Of a stretch of DNA of 64,000 nucleotides, positions 54,507 to 64,000 are shown piece by piece. The notes under the pieces were generated by a model that worked only from the letters and a program-made list of their open reading frames with translations, ran no database searches and had not been told where the DNA came from. The stretch lies in IMG/VR virus record IMGVR_UViG_3300031647_000750, positions 64,025 through 128,024 of that record. One strand, 5' to 3'. Position 1 is the first letter of the stretch. Each line of letters opens with the position of its first letter. Both the position numbers and the translations under genes were made by a program. This DNA comes from a virus (lineage: Duplodnaviria; Heunggongvirae; Uroviricota; Caudoviricetes).

Positions 54507-57266
54507 ATGATTAAATTTAAAAAGACAATTACTGCATTATCAATTGCATTGGCAATGGGTTTCACAGCAGTACCTATTCAGGCAGAAGCAGCGTATAAGT
54601 CATACTATGATTACGCGTCTAGCATCAAACGCCAACGTTCACAAATTAATTTCGTAACCACTATGTTAAGAAGTTATACTCGCACTGTTAAAGTATATGG
54701 TAATCTTATCAGCAAATATGGCGCTAAGTATGGTCATTACTCTTGGTTCCGTCCTATCATTCAACGCCACGCATTCTATGAAACAGAAGTAGCGCGTTAC
54801 ACACAATTATTAAATTCCATTCAAGACACATCAGTCACGATAGTTTCTTCTTCTACTCGTGTTGAACCATATGTACAAACTACAAATAGCAAGCCAGTAT
54901 TGATCTCGTCTACTGACACGGTTGAAAAAGAAACTGATGCTGGTATGATTTCTGAATATGCAGTTTTGACACTGGTGTCTGAAATCATCACTACTGTTCG
55001 TACATTTGAAATGACTATTATTGATACATCGTACAGTGATGGTACAAATGATTCAAAGCGCACAGCAAAACTACTAGACACTACAAACACACCAAATCGT
55101 GAAACAACTCGTGATCGTGAATTGATTCGTAGTTATCCTGTTCCTGTTATTGTGGATGAATCGCCTGTACAAGTAGCAGAAGGCGAAACAGGTATAAAGA
55201 CAGTCGATGCAATGACGGTTGAAGAATATCTTGCTCGTGATGATGTTGATTATTCACAGACAGACACATATCGTCAAGCAGCATGGAATACTAATTCACG
55301 CACTAACGCAGATTTCATCGAGCGAGAGAGTGGTTTGGCGCCTTATGCTAGATCATTAGATGCCATTGGTGCACCAGAAGCATGGGCACGTGGTTGGACA
55401 GGCAAGGGATCTATCATTGGTATTGTAGATTCTGGCATTGATCTAGATCATAGTGAATTTGCTGGTAAGATTATCGATGCAAAATGTTTCACACGAGCGT
55501 GTGATCTTGGTTATGAAACAGTGCACGATATCACGAAGGTTAGTCATGGAACGCACGTTGCAGGCATCGCATCTGCAAGTTTAGATGGTGTAGGTACCAC
55601 AGGCGTAGCACCAGATGCAAAGTTATTGATTGCAAAGGCAAGCACAGGCACCTACGGATCGTTTGATTTAAAAGCCGCAGCAAAGGGTATTGCTTGGGCA
55701 GCAGCGAATGGTGCTGATGTCATTAACTTGAGTGCAAACTATAATGTAGATACAACATACAAAAATAGCATTCTAGAGATCGGTGATGGATTCTATCGTT
55801 CAACTGATCAACGTGGTCGTGATGGAAAAACTTATGAAACGAATGGGTATTCGTTCTTACAGACAGATTGGTTGCCAGAAGATATGAAAGCAGCGATGGA
55901 AGGTCATGAATCTGTTTTAGTTGCAGCCGCTGGTAATCAGGGTTTAGATTTTAGTACATTCCCTGCGCATTATGCAGTACTTGAAAACGATGATGGTACA
56001 TTGGCATTAGACGGGCGTGTTATTGTAGCGGGTTCTTATGACTTGCGTAGTGAGCAAATTTCTAGATGGAGTAACAAGGCTGGTACTGTATGTTTTGATT
56101 ATGATGAAACAGCAGACATGTGCAATACTGATCACCGTGTAAGTGATTACTTTTTGATGGCACCTGGCTCATATGTAGCATCTACTGATAGCAATGGGGA
56201 GTATCGTTTAAATACTGGTACATCAATGGCGGCACCTATGATCGCTGGTGCAGTCGCAGTGGTCAAGCAGATGTGGCCACACATGAAAGGTGAGAATCTT
56301 GCTAAGTTATTATTGAATACTGGTGATAAAGATATTCCTAATTATGATGTAAATGTTCACGGACAAGGGCTACTTGATTTGGCAGAAGCAACTACACCAC
56401 AAGGTGTTGTTGGTATACCTACCACGGGTCGCGTAGAAGGTGGTAAGACTTCAGTTACGAATTCGGGCACTGCTAGTGTATCGGGTGTTAATATTTCAGC
56501 ATTGTCATCAATGATGGTAGTTGATGATTATGATCGTGACTTCTATGTAAACGGCAATGATTTAATTCAAAGTATTGATACTCGTACAGTACATACAACT
56601 CATGCAGCACAAAGTGGTATAGCAGCAGATCAGTATGCAGGCTTCTCTACTGGTATTCGATTATCTGCACAGGGAATTGATTATAGTGTCAGTGATGAAG
56701 GTGCACATATTGCTACTACACTTAACGACATTACGATCGGTGCAGTAGTAGAGAGCAACACATTCTTAGGTAATTATGCAGATAGTATGCTGATCGATGT
56801 TAACGGTGCCAATACATTATACATGGGTTACAATAAAGAATATGAAACTAATGGTGTGACTTATTTCGGAGGTGCAAATATTGGTTTAACATCATTGAAT
56901 GTTGGTGATAATGCAATGATGAAATCTGCAAGTTCATTAGTAAGTAACTCTGCCACACTTGGTGCTAAGTTTAAAACTGCACATGGTACATTCGGATTTG
57001 TTGCAGCACTACCAGTAGCGATCGCCCAAGGTGATGCTAAATTTGATGTAGCAGCATCGGTATCGTCAGTGGGTGATATTACCACGAACCATATGACAAG
57101 TTCATTGTCATCACAGACGCGTGAGTATAATCTTGGCATGTTCTATGATACCGCTATTACTGATAACGTAGACATTGAAATGTTTGCAGAAGCACGTAAT
57201 AACTATACAGGTACAGCAGGATTACTTGCAATGGAAGCAGGTGTGACGTTAACTGGAACATTCTAA
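54507..57266 (+). CDS. secreted subtilase (S8) with autotransporter-like beta-rich C-terminus
   Basis: Signal peptide; GIVDSGID, HGTHVAGIA, AAGN, GTSMAAP triad; GQGLLDL; alternating beta strands ending in F. Confidence 0.9.
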   Translation: MIKFKKTITALSIALAMGFTAVPIQAEAAYKSYYDYASSIKRQRSQINFVTTMLRSYTRTVKVYGNLISKYGAKYGHYSWFRPIIQRHAFYETEVARYTQLLNSIQDTSVTIVSSSTRVEPYVQTTNSKPVLISSTDTVEKETDAGMISEYAVLTLVSEIITTVRTFEMTIIDTSYSDGTNDSKRTAKLLDTTNTPNRETTRDRELIRSYPVPVIVDESPVQVAEGETGIKTVDAMTVEEYLARDDVDYSQTDTYRQAAWNTNSRTNADFIERESGLAPYARSLDAIGAPEAWARGWTGKGSIIGIVDSGIDLDHSEFAGKIIDAKCFTRACDLGYETVHDITKVSHGTHVAGIASASLDGVGTTGVAPDAKLLIAKASTGTYGSFDLKAAAKGIAWAAANGADVINLSANYNVDTTYKNSILEIGDGFYRSTDQRGRDGKTYETNGYSFLQTDWLPEDMKAAMEGHESVLVAAAGNQGLDFSTFPAHYAVLENDDGTLALDGRVIVAGSYDLRSEQISRWSNKAGTVCFDYDETADMCNTDHRVSDYFLMAPGSYVASTDSNGEYRLNTGTSMAAPMIAGAVAVVKQMWPHMKGENLAKLLLNTGDKDIPNYDVNVHGQGLLDLAEATTPQGVVGIPTTGRVEGGKTSVTNSGTASVSGVNISALSSMMVVDDYDRDFYVNGNDLIQSIDTRTVHTTHAAQSGIAADQYAGFSTGIRLSAQGIDYSVSDEGAHIATTLNDITIGAVVESNTFLGNYADSMLIDVNGANTLYMGYNKEYETNGVTYFGGANIGLTSLNVGDNAMMKSASSLVSNSATLGAKFKTAHGTFGFVAALPVAIAQGDAKFDVAASVSSVGDITTNHMTSSLSSQTREYNLGMFYDTAITDNVDIEMFAEARNNYTGTAGLLAMEAGVTLTGTF

Positions 57267-57284
57267 AATATAACAATAACAAAT

Positions 57285-57303
57285 AGGGACGCAATGCGTC
57301 CCT
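57285..57303 (+). terminator. hairpin, probable terminator
   Basis: AGGGACGC-AAT-GCGTCCCT. Confidence 0.55.
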
Positions 57304-57322
57304 TAGTCATGAGAAAGAAACA

Positions 57323-57766
57323 ATGAATAATAAACAAGTAGTAGGATTCACCTGTAGTACATTTGATTTGCTACACTCTGGTCACATACAGATGTTACGT
57401 GATGCAAAAGAACACTGTGACTATTTAATATGTGGATTGCAAATTGATCCTACCATTGATAGATCAGAGAAGAACGCACCCATACAGACAGTGGTTGAAC
57501 GATATAATCAGTTACAAGCAGTTAAGTACGTAGATGAAATCATTCCGTATGCGACTGAGGAAGACCTAAAAGATATACTAGAAATGTATAATATTAATGT
57601 CCGTATCTTAGGTGAAGAATATAGAAACAAAGAATTCACAGGCAAAGATATATGTAGTCGCCGTAGCATACAGTTATTTTTTAACAATCGTGATCATCGT
57701 TTTTCTAGCAGTGATTTACGTAAGCGTATAGCAGATAGTCAAAAGCACAAAGAAGAAATAAAATGA
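57323..57766 (+). CDS. glycerol-3-phosphate cytidylyltransferase (TagD-like)
   Basis: TFDLLHSGH (HIGH), ER...L.AVKYVDEI, RDHRFSSS.LR. Confidence 0.9.
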   Translation: MNNKQVVGFTCSTFDLLHSGHIQMLRDAKEHCDYLICGLQIDPTIDRSEKNAPIQTVVERYNQLQAVKYVDEIIPYATEEDLKDILEMYNINVRILGEEYRNKEFTGKDICSRRSIQLFFNNRDHRFSSSDLRKRIADSQKHKEEIK

Positions 57767-58083
57767 AACAAGAATATAGGGTATGGAATTACTTAGAATC
57801 GGAAATGACGATTGATGGAAATTGGGTGTCACATAACCATAAAATGTTTACAGCTAACAAGCGCACCAACCAGAATCATAGTTGTCGTGATATAATGCTT
57901 ATGTTTCTTACCGACAATCAAGCACCTAGTAACTTCTTATTAGAGATGGGTGTGTCGTTACGTGTTGAACATACAAGAGATGATAACCTAAGAGAATCAA
58001 GATTTGCTATTATTGCAGAAATGACACCTAATGAAAATAGGTTGTGGGAAGAGCATCGTTTTTTACAGAAATTACAGGCGTAG
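57763..58083 (+). CDS. hypothetical protein
   Basis: ATGA overlap. Confidence 0.65.
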   Translation: MKQEYRVWNYLESEMTIDGNWVSHNHKMFTANKRTNQNHSCRDIMLMFLTDNQAPSNFLLEMGVSLRVEHTRDDNLRESRFAIIAEMTPNENRLWEEHRFLQKLQA

Positions 58084-58098
58084 GTAGAGGAATACATT

Positions 58099-58776
58099 AT
58101 GAAGATAAAAATTGGCAAATATCCTGATCGTTGGATTAGCAGAGTACATACTAACCACATGGAAAAGAAGTATGGTTTCCTATGGGAAATGAACGACAAG
58201 GAACTGAACGACAAAGAGCCAGTTGTTCCTACACGGTTTGATAACTCAGTTGAGGTGCTTGAAGATTGCTTGCAAACTTTATACAACTGGTCAGTTAACT
58301 TGATAGCAGATCGTCAAACACAAACTGTAAAGGTTCATATTGATAAATGGGATACATGGAGCATGGATTCTACATTAGCCCCTATCATCCATCCAATGCT
58401 AATACAACTTAACGCAACCAATCATGGTGCACCTAATGTATCATTTACAGATGTGCCTAAAAGATTACGTCCGAGTAAGAAGCAAAGTAACGCATACAAT
58501 GAAAAGGGCGATGTCGATGACAAGCACTTTGAACGTTGGGATTGGATCATGGGCGAAATGATTTGGGCATTTGAACAAAAGTTAGGCGATGATGGGTGGG
58601 AACAACAGTATTATAAATATGAAGATATTCCAGTAGATGAAAAATCAGAAGACTTTAGCGAAAGACTAGGTATTAAACTGGTGTGGGAAGACAATGAAGG
58701 TCGTGAGAAGCATCAAGCGAGAATGTCTAATGGGTTTAGATTGTTTGGGGTTTATTTTGAGTGCCTTTGGGATTAA
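58099..58776 (+). CDS. conserved phage hypothetical protein
   Basis: HIDKWDTWSMDSTLA.II.PML.QL, RWDWI..EMIWAF, GFRLFG.Y...LWD. Confidence 0.75.
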   Translation: MKIKIGKYPDRWISRVHTNHMEKKYGFLWEMNDKELNDKEPVVPTRFDNSVEVLEDCLQTLYNWSVNLIADRQTQTVKVHIDKWDTWSMDSTLAPIIHPMLIQLNATNHGAPNVSFTDVPKRLRPSKKQSNAYNEKGDVDDKHFERWDWIMGEMIWAFEQKLGDDGWEQQYYKYEDIPVDEKSEDFSERLGIKLVWEDNEGREKHQARMSNGFRLFGVYFECLWD

Positions 58777-58807
58777 TATGAACAATGGGCGTATAGAAGC
58801 GATAATT

Positions 58808-59083
58808 ATGAATAAAGAAAAAATAAAAGAATTGATGGTTATCACAGCAGAAGAATGTGGTGAATTGACGCAAGCATGTTGTAAGATATATCGCTGGGAT
58901 ATAGACAGCATATATGAAAATGGTTCAAACAAACAGCGATTACTTGAGGAAGCAGGTGATGTTATGGCGATGATTTCTATAATGGTTGATAATGATCTAT
59001 TGACAGAACAAGAATTAAATGATAGAATAGATTATAAGAAACGAAAATTAAAAGAGTGGAGTAGTTTATTTGATGAAACTTAG
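58808..59083 (+). CDS. mazG: MazG-like nucleotide pyrophosphohydrolase
   Basis: EECGELTQA ... EEAGDV EXXE/EXXD motifs. Confidence 0.8.
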   Translation: MNKEKIKELMVITAEECGELTQACCKIYRWDIDSIYENGSNKQRLLEEAGDVMAMISIMVDNDLLTEQELNDRIDYKKRKLKEWSSLFDET

Positions 59084-59957
59084 ATACAGTGAAGCATTCT
59101 ATTCGCTTCAAGGTGAAGGTAAATTTGTAGGTGTGCCTAGTGTATTCTTGCGTACTTTCGGTTGCAATTTTCGCTGCAAATCATTTTCAATGTCGAGTGA
59201 AGAACGTGAATCTATCAAAGACGAACGATACAATCCAGAAGTAAAGAAATTGATTGATGATGGTGTACATATAAATGCTACGCTATTGGAAGACTTACCT
59301 ATCATTCATACAGGCTGTGATACATACGCGAGTATCTACCCAGAGTTCAAGCACTTGATGTTTGATCGTACTGTAGATGAAGTAGTTGATCACTTGTTAT
59401 CGCTTACGCCAAACGGTAAGTGGATGATGGATAATGGTCAAGATATTCACTTAGTGATTACTGGTGGCGAACCTTTATTGGCATGGCAACGTATGTATGT
59501 GGATATATTTGAACATCCTCGTATGAGTGATTTAAGAAATGTTACATTTGAAACAAACACAACTCAGTCATTACATGACGAGTTATTTGAATATCTAGAT
59601 AATAAAGATACAATCACAGTAACGTGGAGTTGTTCACCTAAACTATTGGTTAGTGGCGAATCTCATGAAGATGCGATTAAGCCTGGTGTTGCTGTTCAGT
59701 ATCGTCTAGTTACTGGTAATAATTTATATCTTAAATTTGTTGTATCTAATGCGGCAGATGTAGCAGAAGTAGATGAGGTAGTGACAGAGTATCGTAATTT
59801 TGGTATTGAATGTCCTGTATATCTTATGCCAATAGGTGGTCGCTCAGAAGAGTACGATTTATCAGTAAGAGATATTGCACAGTTGGCATTAGAAAAAGGT
59901 TATAGATTTAGCCCAAGATTGCACATAGATTTATATGGTAATAATTGGGGTACATAA
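59070..59957 (+). CDS. queE: 7-carboxy-7-deazaguanine synthase (radical SAM), long-insert type
   Basis: E.FYSLQGEG..VG.PSVFLRTFGCNFRC...GCDT, ITGGEPLL, FETN, CSPK, SPRLH..L.GN.WGT. Confidence 0.9.
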   Translation: MMKLRYSEAFYSLQGEGKFVGVPSVFLRTFGCNFRCKSFSMSSEERESIKDERYNPEVKKLIDDGVHINATLLEDLPIIHTGCDTYASIYPEFKHLMFDRTVDEVVDHLLSLTPNGKWMMDNGQDIHLVITGGEPLLAWQRMYVDIFEHPRMSDLRNVTFETNTTQSLHDELFEYLDNKDTITVTWSCSPKLLVSGESHEDAIKPGVAVQYRLVTGNNLYLKFVVSNAADVAEVDEVVTEYRNFGIECPVYLMPIGGRSEEYDLSVRDIAQLALEKGYRFSPRLHIDLYGNNWGT

Positions 59958-59998
59958 ATAGTACAAGCAATATAAAATGGAGATTTACAAAACAAATT

Positions 59999-61096
59999 AT
60001 GAATAATTATATTTTTACAAGTGAAAGTGTTAGCGAAGGACATCCCGACAAAGTAGCAGATCAAATATCTGATGCGCTTGTTGATGCAGGATTTAAAGTC
60101 GGCAATGAAACCACACGTGTCGCAATTGAGACATTAGTTACTACCAATATGGTTACAGTTGCAGGAGAGGTTAAAAACTTCTTTGTAACAAATCAAGAAG
60201 TAGAGCAAATAATTCGTGATACGGTTCGTAGAATTGGTTATGAACAAGATGGTTTTCATTGGGAAGTTATAGAGATACATAATGTTATACATACGCAAAG
60301 TGATGATATTGCATTAGGCACAGATGACTTTGGTGCAGGTGATCAGGGCATCATGTTTGGTTACGCATGCAATGACAATGATGCATATCTACCAGCACCA
60401 ATTTACTACGCACATGAAGTTCTAAAAGCATTACAGAGAGTAAAATCATCAGAATCAATTGATCCCATATTGGGACCAGATGCAAAGTCGCAAGTATCAG
60501 TAGAATACAAAGATGGCAAAGTATCGCGTATTGACCAAGTAGTTATTTCAACACAGCATAAAGAAGGTCGTTACATAGAAGCATGCATTCTTGCTAGGAA
60601 TGCAGCAGAAATTGTATTGAAAGGTTTAATTGACAACGATACTGTGTGGCATATCAATCCTACGGGTAATTTTGTTATTGGAGGACCTGATGGCGATACT
60701 GGTGTTACTGGTCGTAAGATCATTGTAGATACATATGGTGGTTTTGCACCGCATGGTGGTGGTGCATTTAGTGGTAAAGATCCTACTAAGGTAGATCGTA
60801 GTGCAGCGTATATGGCACGATGGTTGGCAAAGAATGTAGTAGCAAGTAAGATGGCTACATGGTGTCAGATTCAATTGAGTTATGCTATTGGTGTTAAAGA
60901 GCCTACTAGTATCTACATTGATAGTGATGGTAGTAACAGTGAGATTGAGTCATTCATTCGTGATAATATTGATTTAACACCGAAGGCTATTATTGATAGG
61001 TTTGATTTATTTAACTTTACTGACTATAGCACCAACTGCGTGTATGGTCATTTTGGAAACAAAGATGTTCCGTGGGAAAAGATTGGTTGGGAATAG
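59999..61096 (+). CDS. metK: S-adenosylmethionine synthetase
   Basis: FTSESVSEGHPDK, GAGDQG, GPDAKSQV, GGP.GDTG.TGRKI, GGGAFSGKDP.KVDRS. Confidence 0.97.
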   Translation: MNNYIFTSESVSEGHPDKVADQISDALVDAGFKVGNETTRVAIETLVTTNMVTVAGEVKNFFVTNQEVEQIIRDTVRRIGYEQDGFHWEVIEIHNVIHTQSDDIALGTDDFGAGDQGIMFGYACNDNDAYLPAPIYYAHEVLKALQRVKSSESIDPILGPDAKSQVSVEYKDGKVSRIDQVVISTQHKEGRYIEACILARNAAEIVLKGLIDNDTVWHINPTGNFVIGGPDGDTGVTGRKIIVDTYGGFAPHGGGAFSGKDPTKVDRSAAYMARWLAKNVVASKMATWCQIQLSYAIGVKEPTSIYIDSDGSNSEIESFIRDNIDLTPKAIIDRFDLFNFTDYSTNCVYGHFGNKDVPWEKIGWE

Positions 61097-61126
61097 TTCC
61101 GACCAATAATATAAAAAGAGGTAGTA

Positions 61127-61402
61127 ATGTTTAAAAGATTAAAAAAACTGTTAGGTTTTTCATCAGACAATTCTGGTGTAACGACTAAAGAGAAAGCAAC
61201 CGCACGTAATGAACCGTATGTAAATGTGGTGAAAGTAAATATTGACAAAGATAATCCATCTGATGGATATTTTGAATTAGAATGGAATCAAGTATTCATT
61301 CGTCAATTGATGGATGCTGGTTATTCTGGTGATAATGAAGAAGCGATCATTGATCAATGGTTTACTGCCCTATGTGGTAGTGTATCAGAAGCAGAATATT
61401 AA
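61127..61402 (+). CDS. conserved phage hypothetical protein
   Basis: EPYV.V......NP.DGYFELEWN..F...L..AGY. Confidence 0.7.
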   Translation: MFKRLKKLLGFSSDNSGVTTKEKATARNEPYVNVVKVNIDKDNPSDGYFELEWNQVFIRQLMDAGYSGDNEEAIIDQWFTALCGSVSEAEY

Positions 61403-61414
61403 TATCAAAATCGC

Positions 61415-61443
61415 TTGACAACCCCATGATAATAATGTATAAT
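61415..61443 (+). promoter_or_regulatory. sigma70-type promoter
   Basis: TTGACA-17 nt-TATAAT. Confidence 0.7.
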
Positions 61444-61480
61444 CATTACATACAATTTAATCATAAAGAGAAGACAAGAA

Positions 61481-62470
61481 ATGAGTAATACATATCTGTT
61501 AGTAGACGCGATGCATATGTTTCACCGCGCAAAGCACGTAGTACGTGGTGATGACATGAGCATGAAAATTGGCATGGCATTCCATATCATGTTCAATAGT
61601 ATCAACAAAGTGTGGCGTGAGCAGAACGGTACACACGTGGTAATGTGCTTAGAGGGTCGCAGTTGGCGTAAAGACTTCTATGAGCCGTACAAGCGCAATC
61701 GTGCTGAACTACGTGCAAAGAAGTCGGTACAAGAACAACGTGACGATAGTGAGTTCTTTGAAGCATATGAACATTTTCAAGATTTCGTAACTAACAAAAC
61801 AAATATGACTTGTCTTCGTCATGAAGAATGTGAGGCTGATGATTTTGTCGCTCGTTTTATTCAGAATCATCCCGATGATAAGCATGTAATTGTAAGTGGA
61901 GACTCAGATTTCTATCAATTACTCGCACCTAATGTTACTCAATATAATGGTATCACTGATAACTTAATCAAGTTAGATGGCATCGTGGATGGCAATGGTC
62001 GTCCTGTTAAAGACAAGAAGACTAATGAACAGAAGATGCCGGGTGATCCTAAATGGTTGTTGTTTGAAAAATGTGTACGTGGTGATACCGCAGACAACAT
62101 CTTTAGTGCATATCCTGGTGTACGTAAGAAAGGTAGTAAGAATAAGATTGGTCTAGAAGAAGCATTTGCTGATAAAGAAACCCAAGGTTTCAATTGGAAT
62201 AACTTTATGTTGCAGCGTTGGACAGATCATAATGGCGATGAACATCGTGTACTTGATGATTATACGCGCAATCTGGCATTAATTGATCTGACTGCACAAC
62301 CTGATAATATTAAAGAAGCATTAGATACTTCTATTGTAGAACAAGTGCAGAAGCCCGCTATTGGTCAAGTGGGATTACATTTTATGAGATTCTGTGGTCA
62401 ATGGGATCTTGAACGTATTGGACAAGATGCAACGACTCATGCTATCTATTTGACAGCAGCATATAAGTAG
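61481..62470 (+). CDS. rnh: T4-like RNase H / 5'-3' exonuclease (FEN family)
   Basis: LLVD, SWRK..Y..YK.NR, EADD, SGDSDF.QL, GD..DNI. Confidence 0.9.
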   Translation: MSNTYLLVDAMHMFHRAKHVVRGDDMSMKIGMAFHIMFNSINKVWREQNGTHVVMCLEGRSWRKDFYEPYKRNRAELRAKKSVQEQRDDSEFFEAYEHFQDFVTNKTNMTCLRHEECEADDFVARFIQNHPDDKHVIVSGDSDFYQLLAPNVTQYNGITDNLIKLDGIVDGNGRPVKDKKTNEQKMPGDPKWLLFEKCVRGDTADNIFSAYPGVRKKGSKNKIGLEEAFADKETQGFNWNNFMLQRWTDHNGDEHRVLDDYTRNLALIDLTAQPDNIKEALDTSIVEQVQKPAIGQVGLHFMRFCGQWDLERIGQDATTHAIYLTAAYK

Positions 62471-62562
62471 AATCCATTCTGTTAGGTGTTTCATTTTTGT
62501 ATTTTACGCTAAATAAGTATATAATACAGAATAATGTATATATATGGAGACACTTAACAGAA

Positions 62563-62862
62563 ATGGCAAGACCTAAACCTACAATAATAATAGAATACGT
62601 GGATAGAAATTACAACGCAGAACAGATATTGAGAGCAGAAGCGGTGTATGCAGTATACTATGACGGATCACCTGTCAATCTAAGATCATTGAATACATTG
62701 ATTGATTATCCAGGTCCGAAATATAAGAAGTCGAGTTTCCAAAATAGTGGTCATGCATTCAATCTATCTGATCGTATGAATAAATTATTTAAAACAGACT
62801 TATTTACAGTTGTTAAATTAATAGAAGGAGAAGTTATTACTCGTGGAAATGACAAGAGTTGA
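62563..62862 (+). CDS. conserved jumbo-phage hypothetical protein
   Basis: MARPKP.II.E, PGPKYKK.SF.N.GHAFNL. Confidence 0.7.
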   Translation: MARPKPTIIIEYVDRNYNAEQILRAEAVYAVYYDGSPVNLRSLNTLIDYPGPKYKKSSFQNSGHAFNLSDRMNKLFKTDLFTVVKLIEGEVITRGNDKS

Positions 62863-63175
62863 GTCAATTCAAACTCAAATAGTTACTACACTAAATAATA
62901 TGTCTTCGGTTGAAATAACCACTGAAGACATCTTCTATAATAAATTTACAATTCGTTTAACCACTAATGGGAAAACTAGATTCATAAAACTATATGACAA
63001 CTGGGAATTTCAATTAGAATCAAAAATCAAATCTGGACAACTCATTGATCTATTCAGAAAGATGAGTTATCCATATTATCTAAGCACTACTAAATTAATC
63101 CTGTTTTCAGAAGAAGATGCATTCATGGTAAAGTTAGCAGGCATAGATGGATGGTTAGAAGGAAAATCAACTTAA
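62849..63175 (+). CDS. hypothetical protein
   Basis: LILFSEEDAFMVKL; 14-nt overlap. Confidence 0.65.
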   Translation: MTRVESIQTQIVTTLNNMSSVEITTEDIFYNKFTIRLTTNGKTRFIKLYDNWEFQLESKIKSGQLIDLFRKMSYPYYLSTTKLILFSEEDAFMVKLAGIDGWLEGKST

Positions 63176-63178
63176 CAC

Positions 63179-63202
63179 AGCCCGATATGTACGGGCTTTT
63201 TT
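63179..63202 (+). terminator. rho-independent terminator
   Basis: AGCCCG-ATATGTA-CGGGCT followed by a T run. Confidence 0.75.
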
Positions 63203-63276
63203 GTGGGCTAAATATATTATTAGTAATATTGGTGGTTAATTCATAAATAGAAGTAGTTAAGGAGAAGATATTTATT

Positions 63277-63831
63277 ATGAACTTATTATATAAAATCGTA
63301 TTTAAAATTACTTTAGTAGTATTATTAGGATTAGCACAATTTACTTCGGTTACATACGCATCAGTAATTGAAACAGAATCAACAAGTAACAGTACCGTTA
63401 CAACCAATGGTACAAATACAACAACAGTAAAAAGTCCACCTCCGAGTGCAATCAGTCCTAGTATCAACGCTAGTAACAGTGATTTATGTACAGTGGGAAT
63501 ATCAGGTGCAGTGCAAACGCAGATACTAGGTATTAGTGGTGGAAGCACAGTGCGAGATATGAACTGTGAACGTTTAAAATTATCCAAAACAATATATGAC
63601 ATGGGCATGAAAGTTGCCGCAGTAAGTGTTATGTGTCAAGATACCAGAATATTCAATGCTATGAAAATGGCAGGAACACCTTGTCCATATTTGGGTACAA
63701 TTGGCGCAGAGGCTCAGACGCAGTGGGATGATAATACAGAAATGCAACCAGCGCAAATAGAGGAAACCGAAAAAGATGATAAATTTAAAACAATTGGCGG
63801 CCTTCTTTTGTTTCTGCTTATTCTTCTCTAG
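63277..63831 (+). CDS. secreted/membrane Cys-containing hypothetical protein
   Basis: Signal peptide, PPPSAISP, several Cys, C-terminal hydrophobic anchor. Confidence 0.7.
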   Translation: MNLLYKIVFKITLVVLLGLAQFTSVTYASVIETESTSNSTVTTNGTNTTTVKSPPPSAISPSINASNSDLCTVGISGAVQTQILGISGGSTVRDMNCERLKLSKTIYDMGMKVAAVSVMCQDTRIFNAMKMAGTPCPYLGTIGAEAQTQWDDNTEMQPAQIEETEKDDKFKTIGGLLLFLLILL

Positions 63832-64000
63832 TCTTGCACTAGCCGATACAACCAATGGGGACGGTAGTTACACTACTGATCCTATTACCTCCAAACCAGA
63901 AGACGGAATTATTACCAGTCAATGTCAGCCTGGACAAACCAGTGCCATGCAAATAAACAACACTGAAATAATGTTTGGTCAGTGTTACGATACGTTTGCT
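63776..64000 (+). CDS. secreted protein, truncated by the window edge
   Basis: Hand translation MINLKQLAAFFCFCLFFSSLALA-DTTNGDG signal peptide; open to the end. Confidence 0.6.
   Translation, partial: MINLKQLAAFFCFCLFFSSLALADTTNGDGSYTTDPITSKPEDGIITSQCQPGQTSAMQINNTEIMFGQCYDTFA

Noticed and set aside
1-64000. Stop-codon reassignment (as in some jumbo phages)
   Set aside because: Conserved genes are full length in code 11, and TAG, TGA and TAA all end genes at expected positions
1-64000. tRNA/rRNA genes, introns, inteins, transposases
   Set aside because: No cloverleaf or T-loop signature, no split conserved genes apart from the one frameshift, and no intein or transposase motifs noticed by eye; tRNAscan/Infernal not run

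Overview
AT-rich, gene-dense 64-kb segment of a large T4-like (jumbo-type) dsDNA bacteriophage. The evidence is a gp45 sliding clamp, an RNase H/5'-3' exonuclease, DenV, an ATP-dependent ligase, sigma70-type early promoters and TATAAATA late promoters. No rRNA, tRNA, integrase or CRISPR array was seen; the host cannot be assigned. Contents in order: (1) 0.3-11 kb, a nucleotide-sugar/glycan tailoring island; (2) 11-19 kb, small early genes, most behind a shared ~60-bp promoter module whose -35/-10 spacer carries a co-varying dyad, plus a putative type II restriction-modification pair; (3) a ~1.1-kb non-coding iteron-like repeat region at ~19.0-20.0 kb where codon/strand skew appears to flip (candidate replication origin); (4) six tandem HREDGPA paralogs joined by a conserved 25-nt RBS/start/C-terminus junction, then four tandem glycosyltransferase-like paralogs; (5) late-promoter tailoring enzymes, a histone H1/Hc2-like protein, a deletion-scar pseudogene, a frameshifted amidohydrolase and a TctA/TctC transporter; (6) a GmrSD-like DUF262-HNH protein, gp45, a DpdA/TGT-like transglycosylase with folE, a PRTase and an atypical queE (probable 7-deazaguanine DNA modification), a subtilase with autotransporter-like C-terminus, mazG, metK and rnh. 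All family calls come from motif recognition only; no searches or computations were run.
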